A stretch of DNA of 61,425 bases from Clostridia bacterium (lineage in GTDB: Bacteria > Bacillota > Clostridia > Christensenellales > CAG-138): contig JAFOQN010000036.1 in the NCBI GenBank assembly GCA_017393775.1, positions 1 through 61,425 of the forward strand, read 5' to 3'. The notes under the pieces were generated by a model that had not been told where the DNA came from, did not search any database, and saw nothing but the letters and a program-made list of their open reading frames with translations. The translations under genes were made by a program, and so were the position numbers. Positions 27,663 through 36,810 of the stretch are shown in pieces; the stretch's first letter is position 1, and every line of letters starts with the position of its first letter.

Positions 27663-28862
27663 TTACGGAAGCAGCTCGTTTGCCATCCATTCCGCATACA
27701 GGCAATACCCTCGCGTCGGTTGGCTCAAGAATACATGTGTTACTACGCCGATCAGCCGTCCGTCCTGTATCAGCGGGCTTCCGCTCATGCCCTGCACGAT
27801 TCCGCCGGTCTTATCCAAAAGCCCCGGATCCGTGATTTCGATCATCATTCCCTGCGTTTCCGGCGAAGACTGCACGTCTACGCGAATCACGCGCACAGCG
27901 TAAGCCGCAACACTTCCGTCCACCGTCGACAGGATATACGCATCTCCCTTATGTGCTGCGCCGCTCGGCGCGATCTCGGTCGTTTGTTCATTCGAGTTGT
28001 ACAGCGATTCGAGCGTTCCGCTGATGCCGAAAGCCGTGTTCCGCTCGACCGTGCCGATCGCGTCCTCTCTGCCGACGGAAAACTCACCGATCAGCTCTCC
28101 TGCGTTGTCCCCGGCGCCTTTGCGGATCCGAAGGATCGTTGCATCGGTGATAAAGCCTGTCGCCGGTGCTAAAAGCTTTTGCGTATCTACATCCGTAACG
28201 CCGTGTCCCAATGCGGCAAACGCACCGGTCGATCGTTCGTAAAACGAAAGCGTCCCGATGCCCGAGGTGCTGTCCCGCACCCACGCCCCGATCCGCTTCT
28301 CCCCGTTTCTGTCCGACGCAAACGTCAGAGCGGCGGAACGCAGTTCCCCGTCACGCAGATAAGACAATGTGCATGTCATTTCCGCATCCTTGCAAAGCGC
28401 GGAAAAGGACTCCGTATCGGTGACCGGCTGCTCGTTCAACGCAACAATCATATCCCCCTCCCTGAGTCCTGCAGACGCCGCCGGACAGACTGCGCCGGAC
28501 GCTGTATCGATTTTTTCAAAGCCGACGATCTGCACGCCCTCCGTATGAAGGACGACGCCGATGGCTTCCCCGCCGAGAGCAACCGATCTTCGGCCGGAAG
28601 AAACCGTTACGCTTTTCAACGGAAGTATACCGAACAGTTTGATCCTTGCGGTCCGTTCCGTCATCATCGTAAGCCGCTCGTCTCCGCTTTCCCGTACAAG
28701 GTGCGCCTCGGTCGCATCGGCGGCGAGCGCCGGCGCCGACAGATCGGTTTTGGGACTGATCGAATCCGGCAGATGCAGTATACGGTACACCTGCGGAGAA
28801 GCGTACCATCCAAGCAGCAGCGCCGCAAACAACAGACTTATTGCGCGAAAGAACCGTTTCAT
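27663..28862 (-). CDS. spoIVB: SpoIVB signalling serine peptidase (S55) with PDZ domain
   Basis: GIGTLSFYERSTGAFAALGHGV and QGMSGSPLIQDGRLIGVVTHVF motifs. The start at 28862 (MKRFFRAISLLF, one TM) has an AGGAGA RBS. The longest ORF starts at 28940. Confidence 0.9.
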   Translation of the reverse strand: MKRFFRAISLLFAALLLGWYASPQVYRILHLPDSISPKTDLSAPALAADATEAHLVRESGDERLTMMTERTARIKLFGILPLKSVTVSSGRRSVALGGEAIGVVLHTEGVQIVGFEKIDTASGAVCPAASAGLREGDMIVALNEQPVTDTESFSALCKDAEMTCTLSYLRDGELRSAALTFASDRNGEKRIGAWVRDSTSGIGTLSFYERSTGAFAALGHGVTDVDTQKLLAPATGFITDATILRIRKGAGDNAGELIGEFSVGREDAIGTVERNTAFGISGTLESLYNSNEQTTEIAPSGAAHKGDAYILSTVDGSVAAYAVRVIRVDVQSSPETQGMMIEITDPGLLDKTGGIVQGMSGSPLIQDGRLIGVVTHVFLSQPTRGYCLYAEWMANELLP

Positions 28863-28882
28863 TCCGTCATCTCCTTTTTTGA

Positions 28883-28911
28883 TAGGGTGTTCCGAATCAA
28901 AAAAAACATAC
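28883..28911 (-). promoter_or_regulatory. candidate forespore (sigma-G/F-type) promoter for spoIVB
   Basis: Minus strand reads GTATG (28911-28907), a 17-nt spacer, then CACCCTA (28889-28883). The B. subtilis sigma-G consensus is GHATR-17/18-CATnnTA, so the -10 has one mismatch. Confidence 0.3.
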
Positions 28912-28937
28912 AAAAAAGACCTCCGAACGAGGTCTTT
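28912..28937 (-). terminator. intrinsic terminator after recN
   Basis: Minus strand reads AAAGACCTCGTTCGGAGGTCTTTTTT. Confidence 0.7.
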
Positions 28938-28946
28938 CAATGGTTA

Positions 28947-30623
28947 TCAATCGTTTTTTGCGGATTCCAGAAGCTGCTTTGCGTGCTTCATTGCCGCCGT
29001 ATCGTTTTCGTCGCTGCCCATGATCCTTGCGATCTCTTTCGGACGCTCCGCCTCGGTCAGTCTCCTGGTTACGCTGTGCGTTTTCTCCGCATCCGAATAC
29101 TTATAGGCGACATACTGCACATCGGCGTGTGCGGCAATCTGCGGAAGATGCGTCACGCAGAGGACCTGATGCTTGCGTCCGAGCGCGCGCATTTTCTTTG
29201 CAACGGCATTTGCTACCATGCCCGAGATGCCGGTGTCGATCTCATCGAAAATCAGCGTTTCGATCCGGTCTGCATCGGACAGTGCGGCTTTCATCGCCAG
29301 CATGATGCGCGACATTTCACCGCCGCTTGCGACCTTGATCAGTGGCTTGACCGGTTCCCCGCGGTTCGCGGACAGCAGAAATGCGACCTCATCGATGCCT
29401 GTTTCGGAAAGCTGCTCCTTCGGGATTTCCGTAAACGCCGTTTCCATTGCGGCGTGCGGCATGCCCATCTCATTCAGTTCCGCAATCGTTTCCCGCATCA
29501 GTTCCTTCGCCGCCGCTTTCCGTCGTGCGGACAGCTCCTTTGCAAGCGTACCGAAGGAGGCGACAGCTTTCTCATACGCAAGTTCCAACGCTTCGATCTG
29601 ATTGTCGCCGTCGCTCAGGATCAAGTATTCCTCTCCGATCCTGTCACGGTATGCAAGAATATCCGCGATCGTTGCGCCGTATTTGCGTTTCAGATTCTGC
29701 AGCGCAGCAAGCCGACTTTCCGTCTGTTCGAGAAGCTCCGGATCAAAGCGGAAGGCATCGCGTCCGTCGCGCAGTTCATAGGCAACATCCTCTAAGGAAT
29801 AGTATGCCTCATCGGTGCGCTCGGACAGCTTCCGAAAAGATTCGTCGTATTCGCCGATCCGGTTCAGCGATTCGCGCGCGTCGGTCAGCGTCGACAGCGC
29901 ACCGCCCTCCCGAAACAGTGCGTCATACGCGGCGTTCAACCCCTCTACGATCGTTTCGGCATTGCGCATGCGCAGGCGATCGGCTTCCAGCTGTTCCTCT
30001 TCCCCGTCGACCGGGGACACGGCGTCGATCTCCTGCATCTGGAACCGGATCGCATCAATCCTGCGTTCCCGTTCCCGAAGTCCGTTTCTCAAAGTGGTAA
30101 TATCCCGTTCCGCCTTCAGCGCCGCCTGCCGCGCTTCCTCCATGTGCGTCTGAAGCCCGTCGGCGTCGCTCTTTGCATAGGCATCGATCAATTGAAGATG
30201 CGTTTCCGGATTCAAAAGGGATTGGTGCGCATGCTGCCCATGCAGATCGACCAACTGATCGCCAATCGTCTTTAATTCCGCTGTACTGACCAGAACGCCG
30301 TTGACGCGACATACATTTCTGCCGCTTAGGGATAGTTCACGATAGAGAACAAGCTCGTCGCCGCTGTCCAGCTGCTGTTCGGAAAGATATGCGCGCACCG
30401 GTGAATCCGCGGAAAGAAGGAAGGTTGCTTCAACGGATGCCTTATCTGCGCCGGTTCGGATGCTTTCGCGGCTCGCACGCTCACCGAGCACAAAGCTGAC
30501 CGATTCGATCAGAATCGACTTGCCGGCGCCCGTTTCGCCGGTCAATACAGAAAAGCCCGCATCGAAAGCAATGTCGGACTTATCTATCAAAGCGATATTC
30601 GAAACTTGTAAACGAGTGAGCAC
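28947..30623 (-). CDS. recN: DNA repair protein RecN
   Basis: 558 aa with N-terminal Walker A LTGETGAGKSILIES, a long coiled-coil, and C-terminal SGGEMSRIMLA and LIFDEIDTG. Confidence 0.95.
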   Translation of the reverse strand: MLTRLQVSNIALIDKSDIAFDAGFSVLTGETGAGKSILIESVSFVLGERASRESIRTGADKASVEATFLLSADSPVRAYLSEQQLDSGDELVLYRELSLSGRNVCRVNGVLVSTAELKTIGDQLVDLHGQHAHQSLLNPETHLQLIDAYAKSDADGLQTHMEEARQAALKAERDITTLRNGLRERERRIDAIRFQMQEIDAVSPVDGEEEQLEADRLRMRNAETIVEGLNAAYDALFREGGALSTLTDARESLNRIGEYDESFRKLSERTDEAYYSLEDVAYELRDGRDAFRFDPELLEQTESRLAALQNLKRKYGATIADILAYRDRIGEEYLILSDGDNQIEALELAYEKAVASFGTLAKELSARRKAAAKELMRETIAELNEMGMPHAAMETAFTEIPKEQLSETGIDEVAFLLSANRGEPVKPLIKVASGGEMSRIMLAMKAALSDADRIETLIFDEIDTGISGMVANAVAKKMRALGRKHQVLCVTHLPQIAAHADVQYVAYKYSDAEKTHSVTRRLTEAERPKEIARIMGSDENDTAAMKHAKQLLESAKND

Positions 30624-30634
30624 TATGCCCTCCG

Positions 30635-31084
30635 TTATTTCATCATTTTCTGGAATTTCTTGATGATATCGGAAACGTTCTTGCCTTCACGAACCGCGAC
30701 AAAAACCGTATTGTCTCCGGCAATGGAGCCTGCAATCTCCGGCCATTTCATGGAGTCGATCGCTTCCGCCGCAACGGCTGCGCTGCCCGCCATGGTTTTG
30801 ACAACGATCAGATTGCCCGCCGACGTGATCGAAACGACGCAGTTTCCGAACAGACGAATGAAGCGTTCCTGCAGATCGGATTCCGCCTTCTCCACCGTTG
30901 CATATTTATACTTGCCTTCTCCGGTCAGAACCTTGATCAACCGAAGCTCCTTAATATCACGAGAAACCGTTGCCTGTGTCACATGAAAGCCCTGCGCGCT
31001 CAAAAGAGCCGCAAGCTCTTCCTGTGTTTCAACGTTTTCGGCAGCAATCAGTTTCAGGATCATTGCATGTCTTTTCGGTTTCAT
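30635..31084 (-). CDS. argR: arginine repressor
   Basis: 149 aa with an N-terminal winged helix (QEELAALLSAQGFHVTQATVSRDIKEL) and C-terminal GSIAGDNTVFV. Confidence 0.9.
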   Translation of the reverse strand: MKPKRHAMILKLIAAENVETQEELAALLSAQGFHVTQATVSRDIKELRLIKVLTGEGKYKYATVEKAESDLQERFIRLFGNCVVSITSAGNLIVVKTMAGSAAVAAEAIDSMKWPEIAGSIAGDNTVFVAVREGKNVSDIIKKFQKMMK

Positions 31085-31100
31085 TACTCCATACCTCAGT

Positions 31101-31886
31101 TTAATTCAGTTTTTCCGATATCAGTCGGAAAAGATTGCGATCGCGGAAGGTCATCAGCTTCGTAACCTCACAGGACCGAGTGACCGTGATGCGGTCTCCG
31201 CGCGAAACGGAACGGAACCTGTCTCCGTCCGCAGCCAGTACTCCCTTTCCGTCCATCGTGACGTTCACGGAGGAATCCATTGAGCAGACCACCGGACGAA
31301 AATGCAGCGTGTGCGCACAAATCGGCGTGACCACCATCGTTTCGAGTCCGTCCGCGATGATCGGTCCGCCCGCCGAAAGCGAATATCCGGTCGCTCCCGT
31401 CGACGTCGCGACGATCAGCCCGTCTCCGAATAAGTCGCCGACGCTTTGCCCGTTGATCTCAAGCGCAATGTTCATCACGCCGGAAAACGAATGCTTATAG
31501 ATCAAAAGATCATTGAAGCAGTCACGAAGGTGTTCTCCGTTCACGGCGACCGAAAGCATAGCCCGTTCACAGATCGCGTAACTTCCTTCCCGCAGCATGC
31601 GGATCGCTTCCGGAAAGCTGTCTTCGGTCCATTCGGTCAAGAACCCGATTCGTCCGCAGTTCACGCCGAACAGAGGAAGATCGTTTCGACAGGCGATCTG
31701 CGCGGTCCGGATGAAATTCCCATCCCCGCCGACCGCGACAAGCACGGCATCGTCCTTCTTTTCCGGAATCCCGTCTGTTTTGAGCAGCGAGCAGAAGATC
31801 CCTTCCGCCTCGGCTGCATTCATCAGCCGACGACAAACGGACACAAGCGATGCTTTTCCGGTATGCACCGCAAAAACAAGGTGCAT
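31101..31886 (-). CDS. nadK: NAD kinase
   Basis: VAVGGDGNFI motif. The start at 31886 (MHLVFAV) has a GGGAGG RBS. Confidence 0.9.
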   Translation of the reverse strand: MHLVFAVHTGKASLVSVCRRLMNAAEAEGIFCSLLKTDGIPEKKDDAVLVAVGGDGNFIRTAQIACRNDLPLFGVNCGRIGFLTEWTEDSFPEAIRMLREGSYAICERAMLSVAVNGEHLRDCFNDLLIYKHSFSGVMNIALEINGQSVGDLFGDGLIVATSTGATGYSLSAGGPIIADGLETMVVTPICAHTLHFRPVVCSMDSSVNVTMDGKGVLAADGDRFRSVSRGDRITVTRSCEVTKLMTFRDRNLFRLISEKLN

Positions 31887-31920
31887 AACGCAACCTCCCA
31901 CTTGTGAATATTACAGTGTT

Positions 31921-31949
31921 ATTATACAGTCGTATATCATAAATGGCAA
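31921..31949 (-). promoter_or_regulatory. sigma-A promoter upstream of nadK
   Basis: Minus strand reads TTGCCA (31949-31944), a 17-nt spacer, then TATAAT (31926-31921), in an AT-rich gap. Confidence 0.55.
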
Positions 31950-31967
31950 GAAAATTATGAATAAATC

Positions 31968-32789
31968 TTAACAATTCTTGCCCAATAAATGGGCGTTCTT
32001 CACGATTTCCGGAACCGTTTCCGCAATTTTATGCAAAGATGCGTCGTTTTTGGTACCGCTCTTTCGCATGTATAAAAGGAATTCTATATTGCCTTTCGGA
32101 CCGGTAATCGGCGAAAAGGAAAGTCCTGAAACTTCGTATCCGGTTTCATCCGCAAACGCCAGCATTTCCCGGATGACGCGCTCATGAACGGCGGCGTCGC
32201 GGACGACACCGTTCTTTCCGATCTCAGCCCGGCCTGCCTCAAACTGCGGCTTGATCAGCGCGACAACCTCTCCATCCTCAGCCATGCTCGCATACAGCGG
32301 CGGCAGGATCAGGCGAAGCGAGATGAACGAAACATCGATGGAAGTAAACGTGACCGGTTCCGAAAACCAGTCCGATGTCATAAACCGTGCATTGGTGCGT
32401 TCCATGACCGTAACGCGCGGATCGTTCCGAAGCGACCAGTCCAGCTGACCGTACCCGACGTCGATGGAGTACACATGTCTTGCGCCGTTTTTCAGCATTA
32501 CATCCGTGAAACCGCCGGTCGACGCACCGACATCCGCACAGACGCGACCGTTCAGGTCGATGGGAAACGTTTTGACTGCCTTGTCCAGCTTCAACCCGCC
32601 CCGGCTGACGAACGGGATCGCGTCCTCGATCACACTTATCTCCGCGCCGTCCGGGATCTCCTGTCCTGCTTTCTCGGCACGAATGCCGTTTACGCGGACT
32701 TCGCCGGCAAGAATCAACGCACGCGCCTTTTCGCGGGAGGGGCAAAGTCCCCGTGTTACCATTTCTACATCCAGCCGAACCTTTGTCAT
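31968..32789 (-). CDS. tlyA: TlyA-family rRNA 2'-O-methyltransferase
   Basis: S4-like N-terminus and the SAM-binding motif DVGASTGGFTD. It sits in the conserved position after dxs. Confidence 0.9.
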   Translation of the reverse strand: MTKVRLDVEMVTRGLCPSREKARALILAGEVRVNGIRAEKAGQEIPDGAEISVIEDAIPFVSRGGLKLDKAVKTFPIDLNGRVCADVGASTGGFTDVMLKNGARHVYSIDVGYGQLDWSLRNDPRVTVMERTNARFMTSDWFSEPVTFTSIDVSFISLRLILPPLYASMAEDGEVVALIKPQFEAGRAEIGKNGVVRDAAVHERVIREMLAFADETGYEVSGLSFSPITGPKGNIEFLLYMRKSGTKNDASLHKIAETVPEIVKNAHLLGKNC

Positions 32790-34615
32790 GCTTCCTCCGT
32801 CAACTCAAAAAGTGCCTTTGTGACCGCTTCTTCCGTCAATCCGTACCGCTCACGCTGACGCAATACAGACGCCTGTGCCACCGGTTCGACCGGCAGCGCA
32901 ATCGAACGTACGCGGCATGGATTCGCCGATAGCGCAAGCTTTTCTCCGAGCGACACCGTGTTTTCTTCCATAACGAGAAGCCGTGTCTGATTGTCCTTAA
33001 AACAAGCGATCATTTCCTGATCCAGCGGCTGCAAAAATCTTGCGTTTACAAGACCGGTACGGTTCTTTTTCGCGATCCACCGTGCAAGCGGAAGCAGCGT
33101 TCCGTGCGCAACAATCACCGTCTTTTGGAGCGGTTCGACGATCTCCCATTCACCGAATTGCAACTGTGTCTTCATGGGGACGTCCGGCAGTGATCCACGT
33201 GGATACCGCACGACGGCCGGCTCTTTGCGGGAAATCGCCATTTCGAGCATGGCGACCATTTCGGTTTGCGAGGACGGTGCATATACGACAAGATTCGGCA
33301 TCACGGAGAGAAACGCCGGATCGAAAATTCCCTGATGCGTTTCGCCGTCGGAACCGACCAGTCCGGCACGGTCGACCGCAAATACGACGGGGAGATTCTG
33401 CAAACAAACGTCATGCAGCACGGAATCGAAGGCACGCTGCAGGAACGAAGAATAGACCGCGACGACCGGCTTCGCGCCGCCTCGCGCAAGTCCCGCCGCC
33501 ATCGTTACGGCATGCGCTTCCGCGATCCCCACGTCAAAGAACCTGTCCGGATACGTCTTGGCAAACTCCGTCAGTCCGGTGCCGCTCGGCATGGCAGCCG
33601 TGATCGCAATCAGCTTTTTATTGTCCTTTGCAAGGCGAATCATGGTCTCGCCGAACACCTCGGAGCAGGTCTTCTGCCGTTCCGGACTGACCTTGCCGGT
33701 CATCACTTCAAACGGCGCAATGCCGTGGAATTTCTCCGGATTTTCCACCGCAAACGGATACCCCTTACCCTTTGTGGTGATTGTGTGGAGGATCATCGGC
33801 TTACGCAGTTCTTTGCAGCGGCGCAGGTACTTTACGACCTTTCGCACGTTATGTCCGTCAATCGGTCCGAGATACAGGATCCCGAACTCCTCAAACGGCA
33901 GGTTCGGTGCAAGGAAGCGTTTCGCACGGTTTTTGAAATGCTCCATATGCCGGCTCAGGTATTTCCCGAATCGGCTTGTTTCGAGCACACTGGTCAAGGA
34001 CCGCTTGAACGCGTTGTAGGTACGGTTCGTGCGCATCGACGTCAGCGAATCCTTGAGTCCGCCGACATTTTTGGAGATCGACATCTGGTTGTCGTTTAAA
34101 ACGATGAGCAGCGGAAGCTTGTCCTGTCCCGCGTCGTTCAACGCCTCGAACGACAGCCCCCCCGTCATGGCGCCGTCGCCCACGAGCGCAACCGCCATAT
34201 GCGGATCGCCGTTCAGGCGCATTGCGCGGGCAAGACCGAGCGCAGCCGAAATCGCCGTGCTTGCATGCCCGGTATTGAACACGTCGTGTTCGCTTTCGGA
34301 ATGCTTCGGAAAGCCTGAAATGCCGTTTTCCTGCCGGAGCGTGTCGAATGCAGCTTTTCTGCCGGTGAGGATCTTATGTGCATACGCCTGGTGTCCGACG
34401 TCGAAGACCAGCTTGTCATTCGGACTGTCAAAGACATAGTGCATCGCTACGATCAGGTCGACCGCACCGAGACTGGAGGCAAGGTGTCCGCCGGTTTTTG
34501 AAACGTGCTCCACCAAAAATGCGCGTATTTCATCACAAAGCGCAGGCAGCTGCTTTTCGTCCAGTGCTTTCAGGTCTTGTATTCCGTTGATCGTATCCAA
34601 AATCGGATAGTTCAT
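32786..34615 (-). CDS. dxs: 1-deoxy-D-xylulose-5-phosphate synthase
   Basis: GHASTAISAALG and LVGDGAMTGG (ThDP) motifs. The start is uncertain: ATG at 34615 (MNYPILDTING) or TTG at 34645. Confidence 0.93.
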   Translation of the reverse strand: MNYPILDTINGIQDLKALDEKQLPALCDEIRAFLVEHVSKTGGHLASSLGAVDLIVAMHYVFDSPNDKLVFDVGHQAYAHKILTGRKAAFDTLRQENGISGFPKHSESEHDVFNTGHASTAISAALGLARAMRLNGDPHMAVALVGDGAMTGGLSFEALNDAGQDKLPLLIVLNDNQMSISKNVGGLKDSLTSMRTNRTYNAFKRSLTSVLETSRFGKYLSRHMEHFKNRAKRFLAPNLPFEEFGILYLGPIDGHNVRKVVKYLRRCKELRKPMILHTITTKGKGYPFAVENPEKFHGIAPFEVMTGKVSPERQKTCSEVFGETMIRLAKDNKKLIAITAAMPSGTGLTEFAKTYPDRFFDVGIAEAHAVTMAAGLARGGAKPVVAVYSSFLQRAFDSVLHDVCLQNLPVVFAVDRAGLVGSDGETHQGIFDPAFLSVMPNLVVYAPSSQTEMVAMLEMAISRKEPAVVRYPRGSLPDVPMKTQLQFGEWEIVEPLQKTVIVAHGTLLPLARWIAKKNRTGLVNARFLQPLDQEMIACFKDNQTRLLVMEENTVSLGEKLALSANPCRVRSIALPVEPVAQASVLRQRERYGLTEEAVTKALFELTEEA

Positions 34616-34616
34616 A

Positions 34617-35411
34617 TCAGTCAGTTCTGCTCCGTAGAGATTCAATCAGATTTCGAAGCGTCTCCGCCGCTTCGCCTTCAAACGGCGCAAGGATCGCGCT
34701 TGCCCGCCAGTATTCCGTATCGATAAACGCCTTTGTCTCTTCTCTGCCGTAGAAGGTCACATAAGTCAGCTTGCCCTCCGAGCGATCCTTATCCTCATCG
34801 AGCAGATCGTCGGTCATTTGAAACAGCAGTCCGAGCGTATCTCCGAATGCACGCATCGAGTCCGCCTTGGACGGATCGGAAAGATATGCGCCGGCTGTGC
34901 ATGCCGCGCGAAACAGCGCGCCGGTTTTGTTGATGTGGATCCGTTCAAGCGCTTCCGCACTGCGTTCTTTGAGATTGAGATCGTCGCTCTGCCCGCTGAC
35001 CATTGCATACGCACCTTCAAAGATCGCACGCTTTGCATTGTCGAATCCGTTCTGCGTCATCAGCAAAAGTCCCGCTTTTGTCAGCAGTCCGTCGCCCGCA
35101 AGAATCGCATTTGCCTCACCGAAGCGCACATGACAGCTCGGCTTGCCCCGCCGCATAACGTCATCGTCCATCGCCGGCAGGTCGTCGTGGATCAGTGAAT
35201 AGCAATGGACCATTTCGAGCGCGCACGCAAACGGCAGCGCAGTCTCTTCACATCCGCCGAGCATTTCGGTGACAAGAAGCATCAGCTGCGGGCGAATCCT
35301 TTTTCCGCCGTCCAGCAAGCTGTATGACATGCTCTCTTTGAGAAGCGCGGCAGACGGATCCTCCTCCATGAATTGCGCCAGCGCGTTTTCGATCCGCTGA
35401 AGTCGTTCCAT
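34617..35411 (-). CDS. ispA: (2E,6E)-farnesyl diphosphate synthase / polyprenyl synthetase
   Basis: Two Asp-rich motifs, LIHDDLPAMDDD and FQMTDDLLD. Confidence 0.9.
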   Translation of the reverse strand: MERLQRIENALAQFMEEDPSAALLKESMSYSLLDGGKRIRPQLMLLVTEMLGGCEETALPFACALEMVHCYSLIHDDLPAMDDDVMRRGKPSCHVRFGEANAILAGDGLLTKAGLLLMTQNGFDNAKRAIFEGAYAMVSGQSDDLNLKERSAEALERIHINKTGALFRAACTAGAYLSDPSKADSMRAFGDTLGLLFQMTDDLLDEDKDRSEGKLTYVTFYGREETKAFIDTEYWRASAILAPFEGEAAETLRNLIESLRSRTD

Positions 35412-35602
35412 TATGTGTTCTCCTTCTTGAGATCGTTCAGCCGCTTTTCATACGCATCAAGCGTCTGCACGCAGTCGCGGTACAGCGCTTCACCCTGTTC
35501 GAACAAAGCAATCATTTCTTCCAGCGGTACATTGCCGGCTTCCAGCCTTGCAACGATCGATTCCAACTGCGTCTGTTTTTCTTCAAAGCTTACTTCTTTC
35601 AT
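35411..35602 (-). CDS. xseB: exodeoxyribonuclease VII small subunit
   Basis: 63 aa from the start at 35602 (MKEVSFEEKQTQLESIVARLE), which overlaps the xseA stop as ATGA. The stop overlaps the ispA start (TAATG). Confidence 0.85.
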   Translation of the reverse strand: MKEVSFEEKQTQLESIVARLEAGNVPLEEMIALFEQGEALYRDCVQTLDAYEKRLNDLKKENT

Positions 35603-36810
35603 TTGGATCCCTTTCCCGTGATCTCGGCTTCCGCCGTTCCGTCCGCAAAACAAATGGATACCGCATCGCCCGTTTCTATCTGTCCGATCTTTGTGACAAG
35701 CTTTCCATCCGGATCCTTGATCAGCGCAAAACCGCGCTCCAGTGTTCGCTGCGGATCGTAGGCAAACAGTCGTTCCTTTTCACGCTCCAGCCGGTATTTT
35801 CTCTGCTCCAGCACATGCTGAACCGTCTGTACGATCGCTGTGTACGTCTCCTCGGTCTGCTGTCTATTTTGTTCCAACACCCGGCGCATGCGCATTTGTA
35901 CGGCGTCGCTCCAGCGGAGTTTCAGACGGTCGCTTTTCGAATGGATCCCGTTCTGCAATGCATTCTCGAGGCGATTGCCGAATGCCGTCAAAGAAGCAAG
36001 CAGCGCAGTCTTTTCCGGAACGGCGAGCTCTGCGGCCGCCGACGGCGTCGGCGCGCGAAGGTCCGCGACGTAATCGCTGATCGAAAAATCGGTTTCGTGT
36101 CCGACCGCGGAGATGACCGGGATCGAACAGCGTCGGATCGCTTCTGCAACCGGCGGTTCGTTGAACGGCCAAAGGTCTTCCATACTTCCGCCGCCGCGTC
36201 CGACGATCAGCACATCACAGCGTTTTTCCGCGTCGGCACGGTCGATCGCGTCCGCAATCTCCTGCGCAGCTCCTGTCCCCTGCACTGCCGCCGGGTAAAA
36301 GACGATCGGCATGAGCGGAAATCTGCGTGCAATTACGGTTTCAACGTCATGCCGTGCCGCGCCGCTTGCGCTCGTGACCAGTCCGACGGCAGTCGGCAGG
36401 AACGGGATCGGTTTCTTTTCGCTTTCATCAAACCATCCGAGTCCTTTGAGTTTCTCCTTATACGCCGCAAACGCTGCATAGAGCGAACCTTCGCCCTTTG
36501 CGATCAGTCCTGTCGCCATCAGTTGAAAGCGCCCGTCCTTCTGATACAGTGTCGCACGGCCGGCAAGGCGCACATGCATACCGTCCTTCGGAATAAACCG
36601 AAGTCCCTGCACATACTGGCGGAACATGACGCAGTTGACCGAAGCAAGCTCGTCCTTCAGCGTGAAATACAGATGTCCGGATGCATGACGCTTCACGCCC
36701 TGCAGTTCGCCCTCGACCGCAAGTTCCTTGAGATTCGGATCAAAGCCGAGCAGCAGGTCTACATATTCGGTTAGTTCATGCACCGTGAATACGGGCTTTA
36801 TTGCTTCCAT
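35599..36810 (-). CDS. xseA: exodeoxyribonuclease VII large subunit
   Basis: The start at 36810 (MEAIKPVFTVHELTEY) gives ~403 aa. It has the IVGRGGGSMEDLW motif. The longest ORF (to 37107) overlaps the upstream gene in an Arg/Cys-rich junk frame. Confidence 0.9.
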   Translation of the reverse strand: MEAIKPVFTVHELTEYVDLLLGFDPNLKELAVEGELQGVKRHASGHLYFTLKDELASVNCVMFRQYVQGLRFIPKDGMHVRLAGRATLYQKDGRFQLMATGLIAKGEGSLYAAFAAYKEKLKGLGWFDESEKKPIPFLPTAVGLVTSASGAARHDVETVIARRFPLMPIVFYPAAVQGTGAAQEIADAIDRADAEKRCDVLIVGRGGGSMEDLWPFNEPPVAEAIRRCSIPVISAVGHETDFSISDYVADLRAPTPSAAAELAVPEKTALLASLTAFGNRLENALQNGIHSKSDRLKLRWSDAVQMRMRRVLEQNRQQTEETYTAIVQTVQHVLEQRKYRLEREKERLFAYDPQRTLERGFALIKDPDGKLVTKIGQIETGDAVSICFADGTAEAEITGKGSK

